Shown here: in pieces, positions 49,586 through 58,923 of the stretch
Numbering within the stretch: position 1 is the stretch's first letter
Layout of the letters: every line of letters begins with the position of its first letter
Assembly: GCA_963664875.1 (NCBI GenBank)
Contig: OY761611.1
Span: 404,511 to 468,510, forward strand
Length of the DNA stretch: 64,000 nt
Reading direction: 5' to 3'
Origin: Candidatus Kapaibacterium sp.
GTDB taxonomy: Bacteria; Bacteroidota; Ignavibacteria; Kapaibacteriales; UBA2268
Notes under the pieces: model-generated
The model's database searches: none
What the model was told of the DNA's origin: nothing
Seen by the model: only the letters and a program-made list of their open reading frames with translations
Translations under genes and position numbers: made by a program

Positions 49586-50542
49586 CTAATGAGTCTTTGT
49601 CATATCTTTATCCACAACTATTATAAAATCGGCAATATTGAGATTTGATTCTTCTAATTTTTCTAAAGAATCCTGCTCGACTGTGGATATTGTTAGTACT
49701 TCAATATTTTTATTTTCTTGTTTCAAATACCAGTTTATTCCTTCGTATTTATCAGAATGATAGCTACCATTCAAATGTATAAATATGTAATTAGATTTCA
49801 GGTTTTTATTGATGAAATGTGCCATAGTAGCGTCTTTGACAGCCTGTGCCTGAGCTATGTATGATAAATTTGGCTTTTTCATCATCGGATTTGCAGCTGC
49901 CGGCATTTTCATTTTCAGAGAGTCAGAATTAGTGCTATCTGATTTCTGAGACATAGGACTACCATGCATTGCCATAGGCTCCATAAGAGCAGCATAAGTA
50001 GGAAGTGTCGCATCAAATTTTACAGGTAAAGGAGCAATATATTGCTGTGCTTCATTGCTTAAAAGTGCAAGTTCATCTAAGCCGTTTCTGGCTACAAAAC
50101 CAGCATATCTACGTGGAATATTTGTTGCAACAAAACTTAATTGATTTTCTTTTGCGAACTCTATAATAGGTTTATAATCCGTTGCATAATTATCCCACAG
50201 TTTTGCTTCCTTAGAGAAATATTTATCAGTAATCTGATCTTGAAAGTATTCGTTAATTATTAGCTGGTCGTCTGATTCAAACATTTCTGCCCCTAAAATA
50301 AGCTTCTTATCATTCTTTTCAAACAGAGCTTTTGTCAATTTGAATTGAAGGAAATGAGAAATTGGGTTGTTGTGGTATTCACCAAATAAAACAACTTGGT
50401 TATCCTCAGCAGCATCTACTATGTCAGTGAATTCAACCTCTTCCCCATCTTTATCAAAGATTTTGAAAGGGAGTGCTGTTTCTTCAGAATGCAATTGGTT
50501 AAACATAATTGCACCAATAATAAGAATTAGAAATATTTTCAT
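49586..50542 (-). CDS. ChaN-family (Cofac_haem_bdg / Tiki-like) lipoprotein
   Basis: VVLFGEYHNNPISH motif characteristic of ChaN. Start is placed at the Met that precedes the signal peptide. Confidence 0.6.
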   Translation of the reverse strand: MKIFLILIIGAIMFNQLHSEETALPFKIFDKDGEEVEFTDIVDAAEDNQVVLFGEYHNNPISHFLQFKLTKALFEKNDKKLILGAEMFESDDQLIINEYFQDQITDKYFSKEAKLWDNYATDYKPIIEFAKENQLSFVATNIPRRYAGFVARNGLDELALLSNEAQQYIAPLPVKFDATLPTYAALMEPMAMHGSPMSQKSDSTNSDSLKMKMPAAANPMMKKPNLSYIAQAQAVKDATMAHFINKNLKSNYIFIHLNGSYHSDKYEGINWYLKQENKNIEVLTISTVEQDSLEKLEESNLNIADFIIVVDKDMTKTH

Positions 50543-50546
50543 ATTG

Positions 50547-51176
50547 TTATCCTTCAAATAGTTCCATTTGTTTATCAAAATATTTTTTTAGGAAAGATTT
50601 TCTGTGAAATTCAGTAATTCCAAATTGATTTATTGCCTCATAATGGCTTTTAGTACCATAGCCTTTATGATTTTCGAATCCATATTGTGGATAGATTGGA
50701 GCTATATGCTGTAATACCCATTTATCTCTTATAACTTTAGCTATTACGGAAGCGGCTGCAATCGTTACAGACTTAGAATCCCCTTTTATCACAGTCTGAT
50801 ATGGGATACTGTCGTCATCAAATCTGTTCCCATCAATAAGCAAATAATCAGGTTTATTTTTTAGGCTATTAATAGCAATATGCATGGCTTTATAAGTAGC
50901 TTGAAGAATATTTATTCGATCAATTTCTTCGGGAAATACCATACCATAAGAATAATAGACTTTACCATGTAATAATTGAAAAAGTGCTTCTCTTTTAGAA
51001 GCACTTAATTTCTTAGAATCATTTAAACCTTCGATATCTAAACCGGAATGTGGAAATACAACAGCTGCAGCAACTACAGGTCCTGCAATACAACCTCTCC
51101 CCACTTCATCAACTCCAACTATGGCATCATAATCAGAAATAAGTGTTTTCTCTATGTCAGAATTTGGATAGGTCAT
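50547..51176 (-). CDS. rnhB: ribonuclease HII
   Basis: GVDEVGRGCIAGPVV catalytic motif. Confidence 0.9.
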   Translation of the reverse strand: MTYPNSDIEKTLISDYDAIVGVDEVGRGCIAGPVVAAAVVFPHSGLDIEGLNDSKKLSASKREALFQLLHGKVYYSYGMVFPEEIDRINILQATYKAMHIAINSLKNKPDYLLIDGNRFDDDSIPYQTVIKGDSKSVTIAAASVIAKVIRDKWVLQHIAPIYPQYGFENHKGYGTKSHYEAINQFGITEFHRKSFLKKYFDKQMELFEG

Positions 51177-51928
51177 TATAAGTCATGATTGATAAGAGTC
51201 ATGAACTCATTTCTTAATTTAAGATTGTGGAGTAGATAGCCTCGCATAACTGATGTAGTCATAAGAGCCTTTTCTTCTGAACCTCGTACACCTCTGGCAA
51301 TCATACAGTAATGACGTGCTTTTATTACAACTCCTAATGCTTTAGGTTGAAGGATTTCTTCTAAATAGTCGGCAATCTGTTCACCGAGTTCTTCTTGAAT
51401 CTGACCTCGTCTGGAAAACCACTCGACAATTCTTGAGAGTTTAGATACACCAAGTACAAATTTACCGGGTATATAACCAATAACAGCTCTACCTGAAATT
51501 GGTTCCCAGTGGTGAGAACAAACAGACATCACTTCAATACCCTCGCTTATAACAAGGTTATTTACTTTTTTTCTGTTCGGAAATACTGTCATTTTAGGTG
51601 GTTCTTCGTACCTTCCTTTAAAAAGCTCATTCACATACATTTTTGCAATTCTTCTTGGAGTTTCTGTACTATTGGGATCTTTTAGAGAAATTCTCATAAT
51701 ATCAAGTACTTCTTTAAATTTCTCTTCAAGATGGTGTATCATCTCCAATCGTTCTTTTTCAGAAATAGTTCTGTTCCCGTTTGCATCAAACAACTCATAA
51801 CCGAGAGAATTAAACCGAGGGAATAAATCCAATGCTTTTGATTCGTCTAATGTGCCTAAAAGCTCGTGCGATTTATTGATTTCTGACGGAAGACTATTAG
51901 AAGGCACAATATCTTTGTTTTCACTCAT
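51176..51928 (-). CDS. folE: GTP cyclohydrolase I (with a ~60-aa N-terminal extension)
   Basis: PRRIAKMY…SVCSHHWEPI…GQIQEEL motifs. Confidence 0.85.
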   Translation of the reverse strand: MSENKDIVPSNSLPSEINKSHELLGTLDESKALDLFPRFNSLGYELFDANGNRTISEKERLEMIHHLEEKFKEVLDIMRISLKDPNSTETPRRIAKMYVNELFKGRYEEPPKMTVFPNRKKVNNLVISEGIEVMSVCSHHWEPISGRAVIGYIPGKFVLGVSKLSRIVEWFSRRGQIQEELGEQIADYLEEILQPKALGVVIKARHYCMIARGVRGSEEKALMTTSVMRGYLLHNLKLRNEFMTLINHDL

Positions 51929-51935
51929 TACAACC

Positions 51936-52367
51936 TCACTTAAATACTTTTATTTCAGTCTTATCACCAAAATATTCGACATAACTTGTATCTGTTTCGT
52001 AAATTTTGATTTTATGCAATTTACCTTCAGATATATTAGATTCCAAAATTTTCCAAAATTCAACAGCCATATTTTCTACTGTTGGTATTATTCCTTTTAG
52101 AAAATCTACATCATGATTTAAGTGCTTGTGATCTACCTTATCAATAATATCGTCGATTAGTATTTTTTTTAGTTTTTTCAAATCAATTACATACCCTGTT
52201 TCGGGATTAGGTTCACCTGCGACGGTTACTTCAAGAGTATAGTTATGACCATGTCCCCAGTAATTGTTACATTTATCAAAAGTTTGTTCGTTCATTTCGT
52301 CAGAAAACTCAGGATTATACAACCTATGTGCCGCTGAGAATTTGACCTGCCTTGTTACGTAAATCAT
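51936..52367 (-). CDS. 6-pyruvoyl-tetrahydropterin synthase family protein (eukaryote-type PTPS-II-like motif)
   Basis: CNNYWGHGHNY…YETD…YFGD, compared with human PTPS CNNPNGHGHNY…YETDNNIVVYKGE. 143 aa. Confidence 0.8.
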   Translation of the reverse strand: MIYVTRQVKFSAAHRLYNPEFSDEMNEQTFDKCNNYWGHGHNYTLEVTVAGEPNPETGYVIDLKKLKKILIDDIIDKVDHKHLNHDVDFLKGIIPTVENMAVEFWKILESNISEGKLHKIKIYETDTSYVEYFGDKTEIKVFK

Positions 52368-52453
52368 TCTTCTTTATCCTTTAGTTATTATTTCCTATTT
52401 TTGGACGTTGTATAATTTAACTTATTACTTACATTTTTTAGTAAAGCAAAATT

Positions 52454-53176
52454 ATGAAATCTATCTATCTTTTCTTAGCAATAATACTGTCTTTTTTGAC
52501 AATTCAGTCTTGCAAAACTATTGATGAATCTAGCAGAAATACTATTAATCTATCTGAAAGACCATCAAATATTGATTCTGAGATGTCTATAAGTATTAAA
52601 TCTGAAGATATTTCTATAAGCGGAAAGGCAAAAGTAAAAATAGCAGGTACTGATTCATTGTTTATGGATATATCTGGACCTTTCGGCATTAAATTCGGAA
52701 AACTTTACGCTGATACAAATATATTTTATTTCTATAATGCAATGGAAAACACGGTATTAAAGGGCAAACCAACTGCTGAAAATATCAGACGAGCAACTTA
52801 CTTAAATATATCTGCTATTGATATTATCAATCTTTTCAAGAACCTTCCCCCTTCTAAAGAACAAAATTATAGAGAAGCAGGAAAACACGACAATGGTACA
52901 TTATATCAGTATAAAAATGAGTTTTTGATTTTGAATGCAAAATCGCAGATGATTCAATATCAGAGGAAAAACGAGGTAAACGACTTGGAGTTGAATATTA
53001 TATATTCTGACTTTAATCAGTATAGTAATTTTGAGATGCCGTCTACATTTTTGATAGATGCACCGATAGCGAGCAGTACAGTTAATATTTCAATAAAACA
53101 AATGACTTTTCCTGCAGAATTTGAAAACGCATTTAAGTTTTCGATACCTCAAAGCGCTAAAATTATCGAATTATAG
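52454..53176 (+). CDS. hypothetical lipoprotein (DUF4292/LolB-like size and lipobox)
   Basis: Signal peptide with LTIQSC. 240 aa. Confidence 0.4.
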   Translation: MKSIYLFLAIILSFLTIQSCKTIDESSRNTINLSERPSNIDSEMSISIKSEDISISGKAKVKIAGTDSLFMDISGPFGIKFGKLYADTNIFYFYNAMENTVLKGKPTAENIRRATYLNISAIDIINLFKNLPPSKEQNYREAGKHDNGTLYQYKNEFLILNAKSQMIQYQRKNEVNDLELNIIYSDFNQYSNFEMPSTFLIDAPIASSTVNISIKQMTFPAEFENAFKFSIPQSAKIIEL

Positions 53177-53241
53177 ATAAAAACAAAGCTCTTCAGAAAA
53201 ATATCCGGAAGAGCTTTGCATTGAAAAACATATATGTTGTT

Positions 53242-55509
53242 TTATTTTTTCATAAGATTTGGAATAGCACTTTCGTATAAATCTATAATATCGGCAACTG
53301 TATATGAAATGGAGTTGTTGATACTGAAATTATCTTTAGTAACTGTTCCGATTTTTTTGCAAGCAGTCAGATACTCTGCACATAATGCTTCGAATTGATT
53401 TGCTTTTTCAGGTGAAACAGAAACAATAATTCGTGAATGCGATTCACCAAAAAGTGCGGCTTGGTTGTTATCTAAGCTAATATTGCATCCTAAGCTGCCG
53501 CTCATAATAGCTTTTTCAGCTAAAGCAATGGCAATACCACCTTCACTTGTATCGTGAGCTGAATTGATTAAGCCTTTCTGTATTGCAGAAAGAGTAGCTT
53601 TATGCAACTGTCTTTCTTCTTCTAAATCCAATTCAGGAGCTTCTCCGGTAATTTTGCCGGTAAGGAGTTTCAAATATTCAGATCCGCCGATTTCTGTTCT
53701 GTCACTTCCAAGAATGTAGATAAAGTCACCTTCATTTTTGAAATTTGCACTCATTACTTTTGTCATATCATCAATAATGCCCAGCATACCAATAGTTGGT
53801 GTAGGATAAATTGCTCTGTCTCTTGATTCATTGTGGAAAGAAACATTACCTCCCGTTACCGGAGTATCAAAAGCACGACAAGCAGCACCCATACCTCTAA
53901 TTACTTCTTTGAACTGCCAATAAACTTCAGGATCGTAAGGATTTCCAAAATTCAAGCAGTTTGTAATAGCGACCGGAACTGCACCTGTACAAACAACGTT
54001 TCTGGCAGCTTCAGATACAGCAGCTAAACCACCTCTATATGGATTCAAATAAGCATAACGGCTATTGCAATCGGTACAAACAGCAATACCTTTGTTTTCT
54101 ATTTCTTTTATTCTTAAAACAGCAGCATCACCTTTGATAGCTACAGTATTTGTACGTACCTGAGAATCATATTGTTCAAATATCCATCTTTTAGATGCGA
54201 TATTCGGAGTAGAAATAAGTTTTTCAAAAACTTCTTTATCTGAATATTTAGATTCAATATTTTTTGTATCAAAAGAAGATGTTTCTTTTAAGTAAGCAGG
54301 CTTTTTAGCAGGTCTGTCATTTACAGGAGCTCCACCGCCTAATACAAGGTGATCAGCTTCTAATTTAGAAACAAATTTACCGTTTCTAAATACATTGACA
54401 TCACCATCATTAGTAATAAAACCAATTTCAGTAATAGGAACATCCCATTTTGCACATATTTGTTTTGCTTGCTCTTCTTTACCTTTTTCTATTACTACTA
54501 ACATCCTTTCCTGAGATTCGGAAAGCATAATTTCGTAGGCAGTCATATCTTTTTCGCGAAGAGGAACTTTATCTAAATCTACGTGCATACCGATATTAGG
54601 GAAACGGGCACTCATTTCGGAAGTTGAGCAAGATATACCTGCAGCACCCATATCTTGGATACCTACTACTACACCTGCTTTGATAAGCTCCAGAGTTGCT
54701 TCTAACAACAATTTTTCAGCAAAAGGATCACCAACTTGTACAGTTGGTCGCATATCTTCAGTTTTTTCGTCAAACTCTCTGGAAGCTAAAAGTGAAGCAC
54801 CATGGATACCGTCACGTCCTGTAGAGCTTCCAACAATCATAACTGGGTTTCCTACACCATTAGCTGCTGCAGAGGCAGTTTGGTCAGTTTTTACGATACC
54901 GACAGCCATTGCATTTACTAGTGGATTGTCAAAATAACATTCGTCAAAATAAATCTCACCACCAACTGTAGGAACACCAAAGCAGTTTCCGTAATGGCTT
55001 ATACCTTCAACGACACCATTCAAAAGGAATTTTGTTCTTGGATTGTCAAGTTCACCAAATCTTAGAGAATTGAGAGCAGCTATAGGTCTGGCACCCATAG
55101 TAAAAATATCTCTTAAAATACCACCAACACCTGTAGCAGCACCTTGGAAAGGTTCTATTGCCGAAGGGTGATTATGGCTTTCAATTTTAAAAGCAATTGC
55201 ATAACCGTTTCCAATATCTACTAAACCGGCATTTTCTTCACCGGCTTCTACCAAAAGTCTGCCGCCGGAGCGTGGCAAAGTTTTGAGTTGTTTAATAGAA
55301 TTTTTATAAGAACAGTGCTCACTCCACATTACACCATAAATTCCAATTTCAGTGTATGTAGGTTTTCTGCCTAACTTATTCAAAATTTTATTGTATTCCT
55401 CTTCTGTAAGACCACATTCGATAGCCGTATCAAGAGTAACTTCAATCTCAGAGTAGAGATTTGAGATGTCATAATTTGCCATTTTGCACACTTTTGATAA
55501 TTGACTCAA
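53242..55509 (-). CDS. purL: phosphoribosylformylglycinamidine synthase subunit PurL
   Basis: 755 aa with duplicated AIRS-type domains and a GAAGIS region. Confidence 0.9.
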   Translation of the reverse strand: MSQLSKVCKMANYDISNLYSEIEVTLDTAIECGLTEEEYNKILNKLGRKPTYTEIGIYGVMWSEHCSYKNSIKQLKTLPRSGGRLLVEAGEENAGLVDIGNGYAIAFKIESHNHPSAIEPFQGAATGVGGILRDIFTMGARPIAALNSLRFGELDNPRTKFLLNGVVEGISHYGNCFGVPTVGGEIYFDECYFDNPLVNAMAVGIVKTDQTASAAANGVGNPVMIVGSSTGRDGIHGASLLASREFDEKTEDMRPTVQVGDPFAEKLLLEATLELIKAGVVVGIQDMGAAGISCSTSEMSARFPNIGMHVDLDKVPLREKDMTAYEIMLSESQERMLVVIEKGKEEQAKQICAKWDVPITEIGFITNDGDVNVFRNGKFVSKLEADHLVLGGGAPVNDRPAKKPAYLKETSSFDTKNIESKYSDKEVFEKLISTPNIASKRWIFEQYDSQVRTNTVAIKGDAAVLRIKEIENKGIAVCTDCNSRYAYLNPYRGGLAAVSEAARNVVCTGAVPVAITNCLNFGNPYDPEVYWQFKEVIRGMGAACRAFDTPVTGGNVSFHNESRDRAIYPTPTIGMLGIIDDMTKVMSANFKNEGDFIYILGSDRTEIGGSEYLKLLTGKITGEAPELDLEEERQLHKATLSAIQKGLINSAHDTSEGGIAIALAEKAIMSGSLGCNISLDNNQAALFGESHSRIIVSVSPEKANQFEALCAEYLTACKKIGTVTKDNFSINNSISYTVADIIDLYESAIPNLMKK

Positions 55510-55700
55510 AAAAACTTAGAACAAAAATAATACTTTTTCGTATTAAAGCCTTAGAAAAGATACAGTATTTGTATAACTTATCTAAGTTCTTTAGAAAATT
55601 GAATTTATAGATGCTCCCATACTGATTAAAAACTAATATTATTCCTTTGGGAGTTTTTTTATATTTGAACTTAGAAAACTATTTCAGTTTATTTAGTACC

Positions 55701-56339
55701 ATGTTCGAGAAAATGGAAACATTAAAAGATAGAATAATTAGCGAAGCTGCTGAAATGTTCCTGAAAAACGGTTACAGAAAAGTAAGGACTGACGACATAG
55801 CCGGCAATATCGGAATCAGCAAAAGAACTCTGTATGAATACTTCTCGTCTAAGCAAGACTTGCTTATAGCAGTTATTTCATATTTACATAGTCGTAAGAT
55901 TAGTAGAATGAAGATATTGATTACAAAATTGCGAGATGCAAATAAAGAAGATTTTATAAGTGCTCTCAAACAATTTTGGCTTGAAGACACAAAACTATTG
56001 AAATCAATAAGCTATGATTTTGTAGAGGATGTTAAAAAAATCGCTCCAAAAAAATGGAAAGATTTTGTTGAAGAAACAGATCACGACGAATATCTTGATG
56101 AGTTAGTCAAAATAGGAGAAACACACGGCTTCTTCAAAAAAATGATAGACTACCGCCTTTTTAGACTTTTGCACAGACATGCTCTGTTTGGAATTTTTAC
56201 AAACGAAGATTTTACGAGCCTCAATTATACACTCGAAAAGCTTATTGAAGAAACTTTCTATATTTTCTTTTTTGGGATACTTTCTGACGAAGGGCAGGAT
56301 ATTTTCAATAAAGAGTTTAAAATCGAAACAAATAACTAA
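55701..56339 (+). CDS. TetR/AcrR-family transcriptional regulator
   Basis: HTH KVRTDDIAGNIGISKRTLYEYF. The first gene of the efflux operon. Confidence 0.8.
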   Translation: MFEKMETLKDRIISEAAEMFLKNGYRKVRTDDIAGNIGISKRTLYEYFSSKQDLLIAVISYLHSRKISRMKILITKLRDANKEDFISALKQFWLEDTKLLKSISYDFVEDVKKIAPKKWKDFVEETDHDEYLDELVKIGETHGFFKKMIDYRLFRLLHRHALFGIFTNEDFTSLNYTLEKLIEETFYIFFFGILSDEGQDIFNKEFKIETNN

Positions 56340-56367
56340 TTGTATTAACAAATAGAGTTGAACAACG

Positions 56368-57837
56368 ATGATCAAATCCGCTCTAAAAAATGTTCCACTA
56401 TTACTAACAGCGTTAGTTGTGTTTCTGGCTTCAAATGGTTTAGAATCCAAAGCAGAAAATTTGTCTTTGAATTTGGATCAAGCTATTGAGATGGCTTTAG
56501 AAAACAATCATGATACGAAAAAAGCTTTGCTTGAAGTGGATAAAGCTCAGGCGGCAATCGACGAAGCATATGGGTATGCATATCCGACTGTTGATTTGTC
56601 AGGGCAATATCACCATTTTCTTGAAAAACCTAAAATGCCTTTCCCCGATCTTGAAGGTCAATTTGGTAAAGGTATGATCGAAACTTTGAATCAGTTCAAA
56701 CTTATCACTTCCCAAGAATATACAGACGCAATGAAACAGTTTGATAATTCAGGTGGGGAAACTCTTTCTGATGCTTTTACTCAAACAAACAATTTCGAAA
56801 CGAAATTGGCTGTTTCTCAAGTACTTTTCAGCTCTGCTGTTTTTACTGGTATTGGTGCGTCAGAGGATTATTATAACCTATCAAAAGAACAATTGAAGTC
56901 AGTAGTCAATAAAACTGTATTTGATGTTAAAAAGACTTTTTATGGTGTTTTATTGGCAAAGGAAGCCCGAGATATTTTACAACAGAGTTTTGAAAATGCT
57001 CAAACAAATCTTTCCAATGTTAAAGCATTTTATGAGCAAGGATTAGCCGCAGAATATGATAAAATGCAAGCAGAAATTCAAGTCGAAAATATTAGACCAC
57101 AAGTTTTAGAAGCAGAAAATAGATTAAAGGATGCTACAAACGGACTAAAAATGATATTAGGACTCGATAACGAAGCTGAGATTACATTGTTAGGAGAACT
57201 AGATTATTTAGTTTATAATTTGAATTCTTATAATGACTTGAAAAATACTGCATTAGAAGAAAACTATGATATAAGGACCTTAAAAAGCAAAGTGAAGTTA
57301 GATCAAGCTCAGATTGAACTTACAGAATCTGAATATTGGCCTACGATAGCAGCCTTTGGGAATCTATCTTACAACGGTGTTTCGAACGACTTTGACTTTA
57401 CAACTTATTCTTCTGCTTTAGTTGGATTAAACTTCTCTATCAATCTTTTTCAGGGTGGTAGAACATTCCATAAAAGACAGCAAAACGAAATCTCAAAAAT
57501 GCAGACAGAAACTCAAATAAATCAGATGAAAGAATATTTGAGTATGGATATAAAAACCAAGCTAAATGAGATAGAAAGAGTTCAAAGTTCTCTTGAAGCT
57601 CAAGAACGCAACGTAAAGCTTGCAGAAAAGGCATACACTATGTCTGAAGTAAGATATAAAGAAGGTTCAGGAACTCAACTTGAAGTTTTAAATGCTGACA
57701 TTGCATTGAAACAAGCCAAAACAAACAGGCTCAATTCGGTTTATAACTATATTACTGCAATTGCAGAGTTAGATAAAATACTTGGCAAAGTAGATGACAA
57801 GTATATGCGTAGATTCATGAATAAGAAACAAAATTAA
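56368..57837 (+). CDS. TolC-family outer-membrane efflux protein
   Basis: Signal peptide and tandem OEP repeats. Confidence 0.8.
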   Translation: MIKSALKNVPLLLTALVVFLASNGLESKAENLSLNLDQAIEMALENNHDTKKALLEVDKAQAAIDEAYGYAYPTVDLSGQYHHFLEKPKMPFPDLEGQFGKGMIETLNQFKLITSQEYTDAMKQFDNSGGETLSDAFTQTNNFETKLAVSQVLFSSAVFTGIGASEDYYNLSKEQLKSVVNKTVFDVKKTFYGVLLAKEARDILQQSFENAQTNLSNVKAFYEQGLAAEYDKMQAEIQVENIRPQVLEAENRLKDATNGLKMILGLDNEAEITLLGELDYLVYNLNSYNDLKNTALEENYDIRTLKSKVKLDQAQIELTESEYWPTIAAFGNLSYNGVSNDFDFTTYSSALVGLNFSINLFQGGRTFHKRQQNEISKMQTETQINQMKEYLSMDIKTKLNEIERVQSSLEAQERNVKLAEKAYTMSEVRYKEGSGTQLEVLNADIALKQAKTNRLNSVYNYITAIAELDKILGKVDDKYMRRFMNKKQN

Positions 57838-57863
57838 TACATAATGTGGAGTATTTAGATACC

Positions 57864-58913
57864 ATGAAAAGAATCAGTTTTTCAGGATCAAAATTATTAT
57901 TGGCTACTGTAATGTGCGGAGCTTTAGTATTAGCTTCATGCGAAAAAGAAAAAAAAGAACCCCCTATGTCTATGGAACAGTTACACGACGCTAATGGATT
58001 ACCTGTATCTATAGAGGTAATCAACAAAAGTGGTTTTTCCAAAAAATTAAGCTTTTACTCTACGTTGCGTGGCATCAAAGAAGCTACAATAGGAGCTCCT
58101 ATTGGTGGAAAAATAGAAAAAATCAAAGTAAAAGTTGGTGATCATGTAAAAGAAGATCAAATTATTGCACAGTTCCCTCTTGATTCTCCAAGTATGCAGT
58201 ATGAGCAAGCAAAAGCAGGTTTGGAAAATTCAGAAAAACTATATAAAAGAATGAAAGCTCTTTTGGAAACAGGTGAAATTTCACAACAAAAATATGATGA
58301 TGTTGAAACAAAATATCTTGTTGACAAAAGAAACTTTGAAACTATCAAACAGGCACTTTTTGTAGAAGCTCCGTTTGACGGTGTTGTTACAAATGTTGCA
58401 CTTAATGAAGGTGATAATATCAGTGAAAAAACACCAATCATGACTATTGCTCAACTTAACACTTTGACTGCTAAAGTTTGGATTTCTGATACTGAAGTAA
58501 ATCAAATTAAGACAGGTATGGTGGCAAAAACTACTTGGCTTGGTGAAACTTATACAGGTAAAGTCTCTGAAGTAGCAATATCAAAAGATGCACATAAACA
58601 AGCATTTTATGCGGAAATTCAATTCCCTAATTCAGACAGAAAACTAAAAAGTGGCTTGACTCTCGATATTGATGTTTTATCTGAAACTGCTGACAACATT
58701 TATGTTATTCAGAGAAATTATGTACAGGAAGAAGGCGACAAAAAATTCATCTATATTGAAAAAGATGGTGTAGCTCACAAAAAAGAAGTTAAAACAGGCA
58801 CTGAAAGTGGTATTGAAATTGAAATATTAGAAGGATTGCAAGACGGCGATCATCTAATCAATTGCTGTTTCAATAAGTTAGAAGACGGAACGAAAGTAAA
58901 AGTGGTCAAATAA
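57864..58913 (+). CDS. RND efflux periplasmic adaptor (MFP/HlyD family), lipoprotein
   Basis: Lipobox LASCEK, plus biotinyl-lipoyl-like, beta-barrel and MP domains. Confidence 0.8.
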   Translation: MKRISFSGSKLLLATVMCGALVLASCEKEKKEPPMSMEQLHDANGLPVSIEVINKSGFSKKLSFYSTLRGIKEATIGAPIGGKIEKIKVKVGDHVKEDQIIAQFPLDSPSMQYEQAKAGLENSEKLYKRMKALLETGEISQQKYDDVETKYLVDKRNFETIKQALFVEAPFDGVVTNVALNEGDNISEKTPIMTIAQLNTLTAKVWISDTEVNQIKTGMVAKTTWLGETYTGKVSEVAISKDAHKQAFYAEIQFPNSDRKLKSGLTLDIDVLSETADNIYVIQRNYVQEEGDKKFIYIEKDGVAHKKEVKTGTESGIEIEILEGLQDGDHLINCCFNKLEDGTKVKVVK

Positions 58914-58923
58914 GGGGAAAACA

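Noticed and set aside
55614-55660. Hairpin ctccca…tgggag followed by T7, 40 bp upstream of the TetR start
   Set aside because: It has only a 6-bp stem and a 28-nt loop, and there is no upstream same-strand gene to terminate. An attenuator or sRNA role cannot be excluded, but this is weak.
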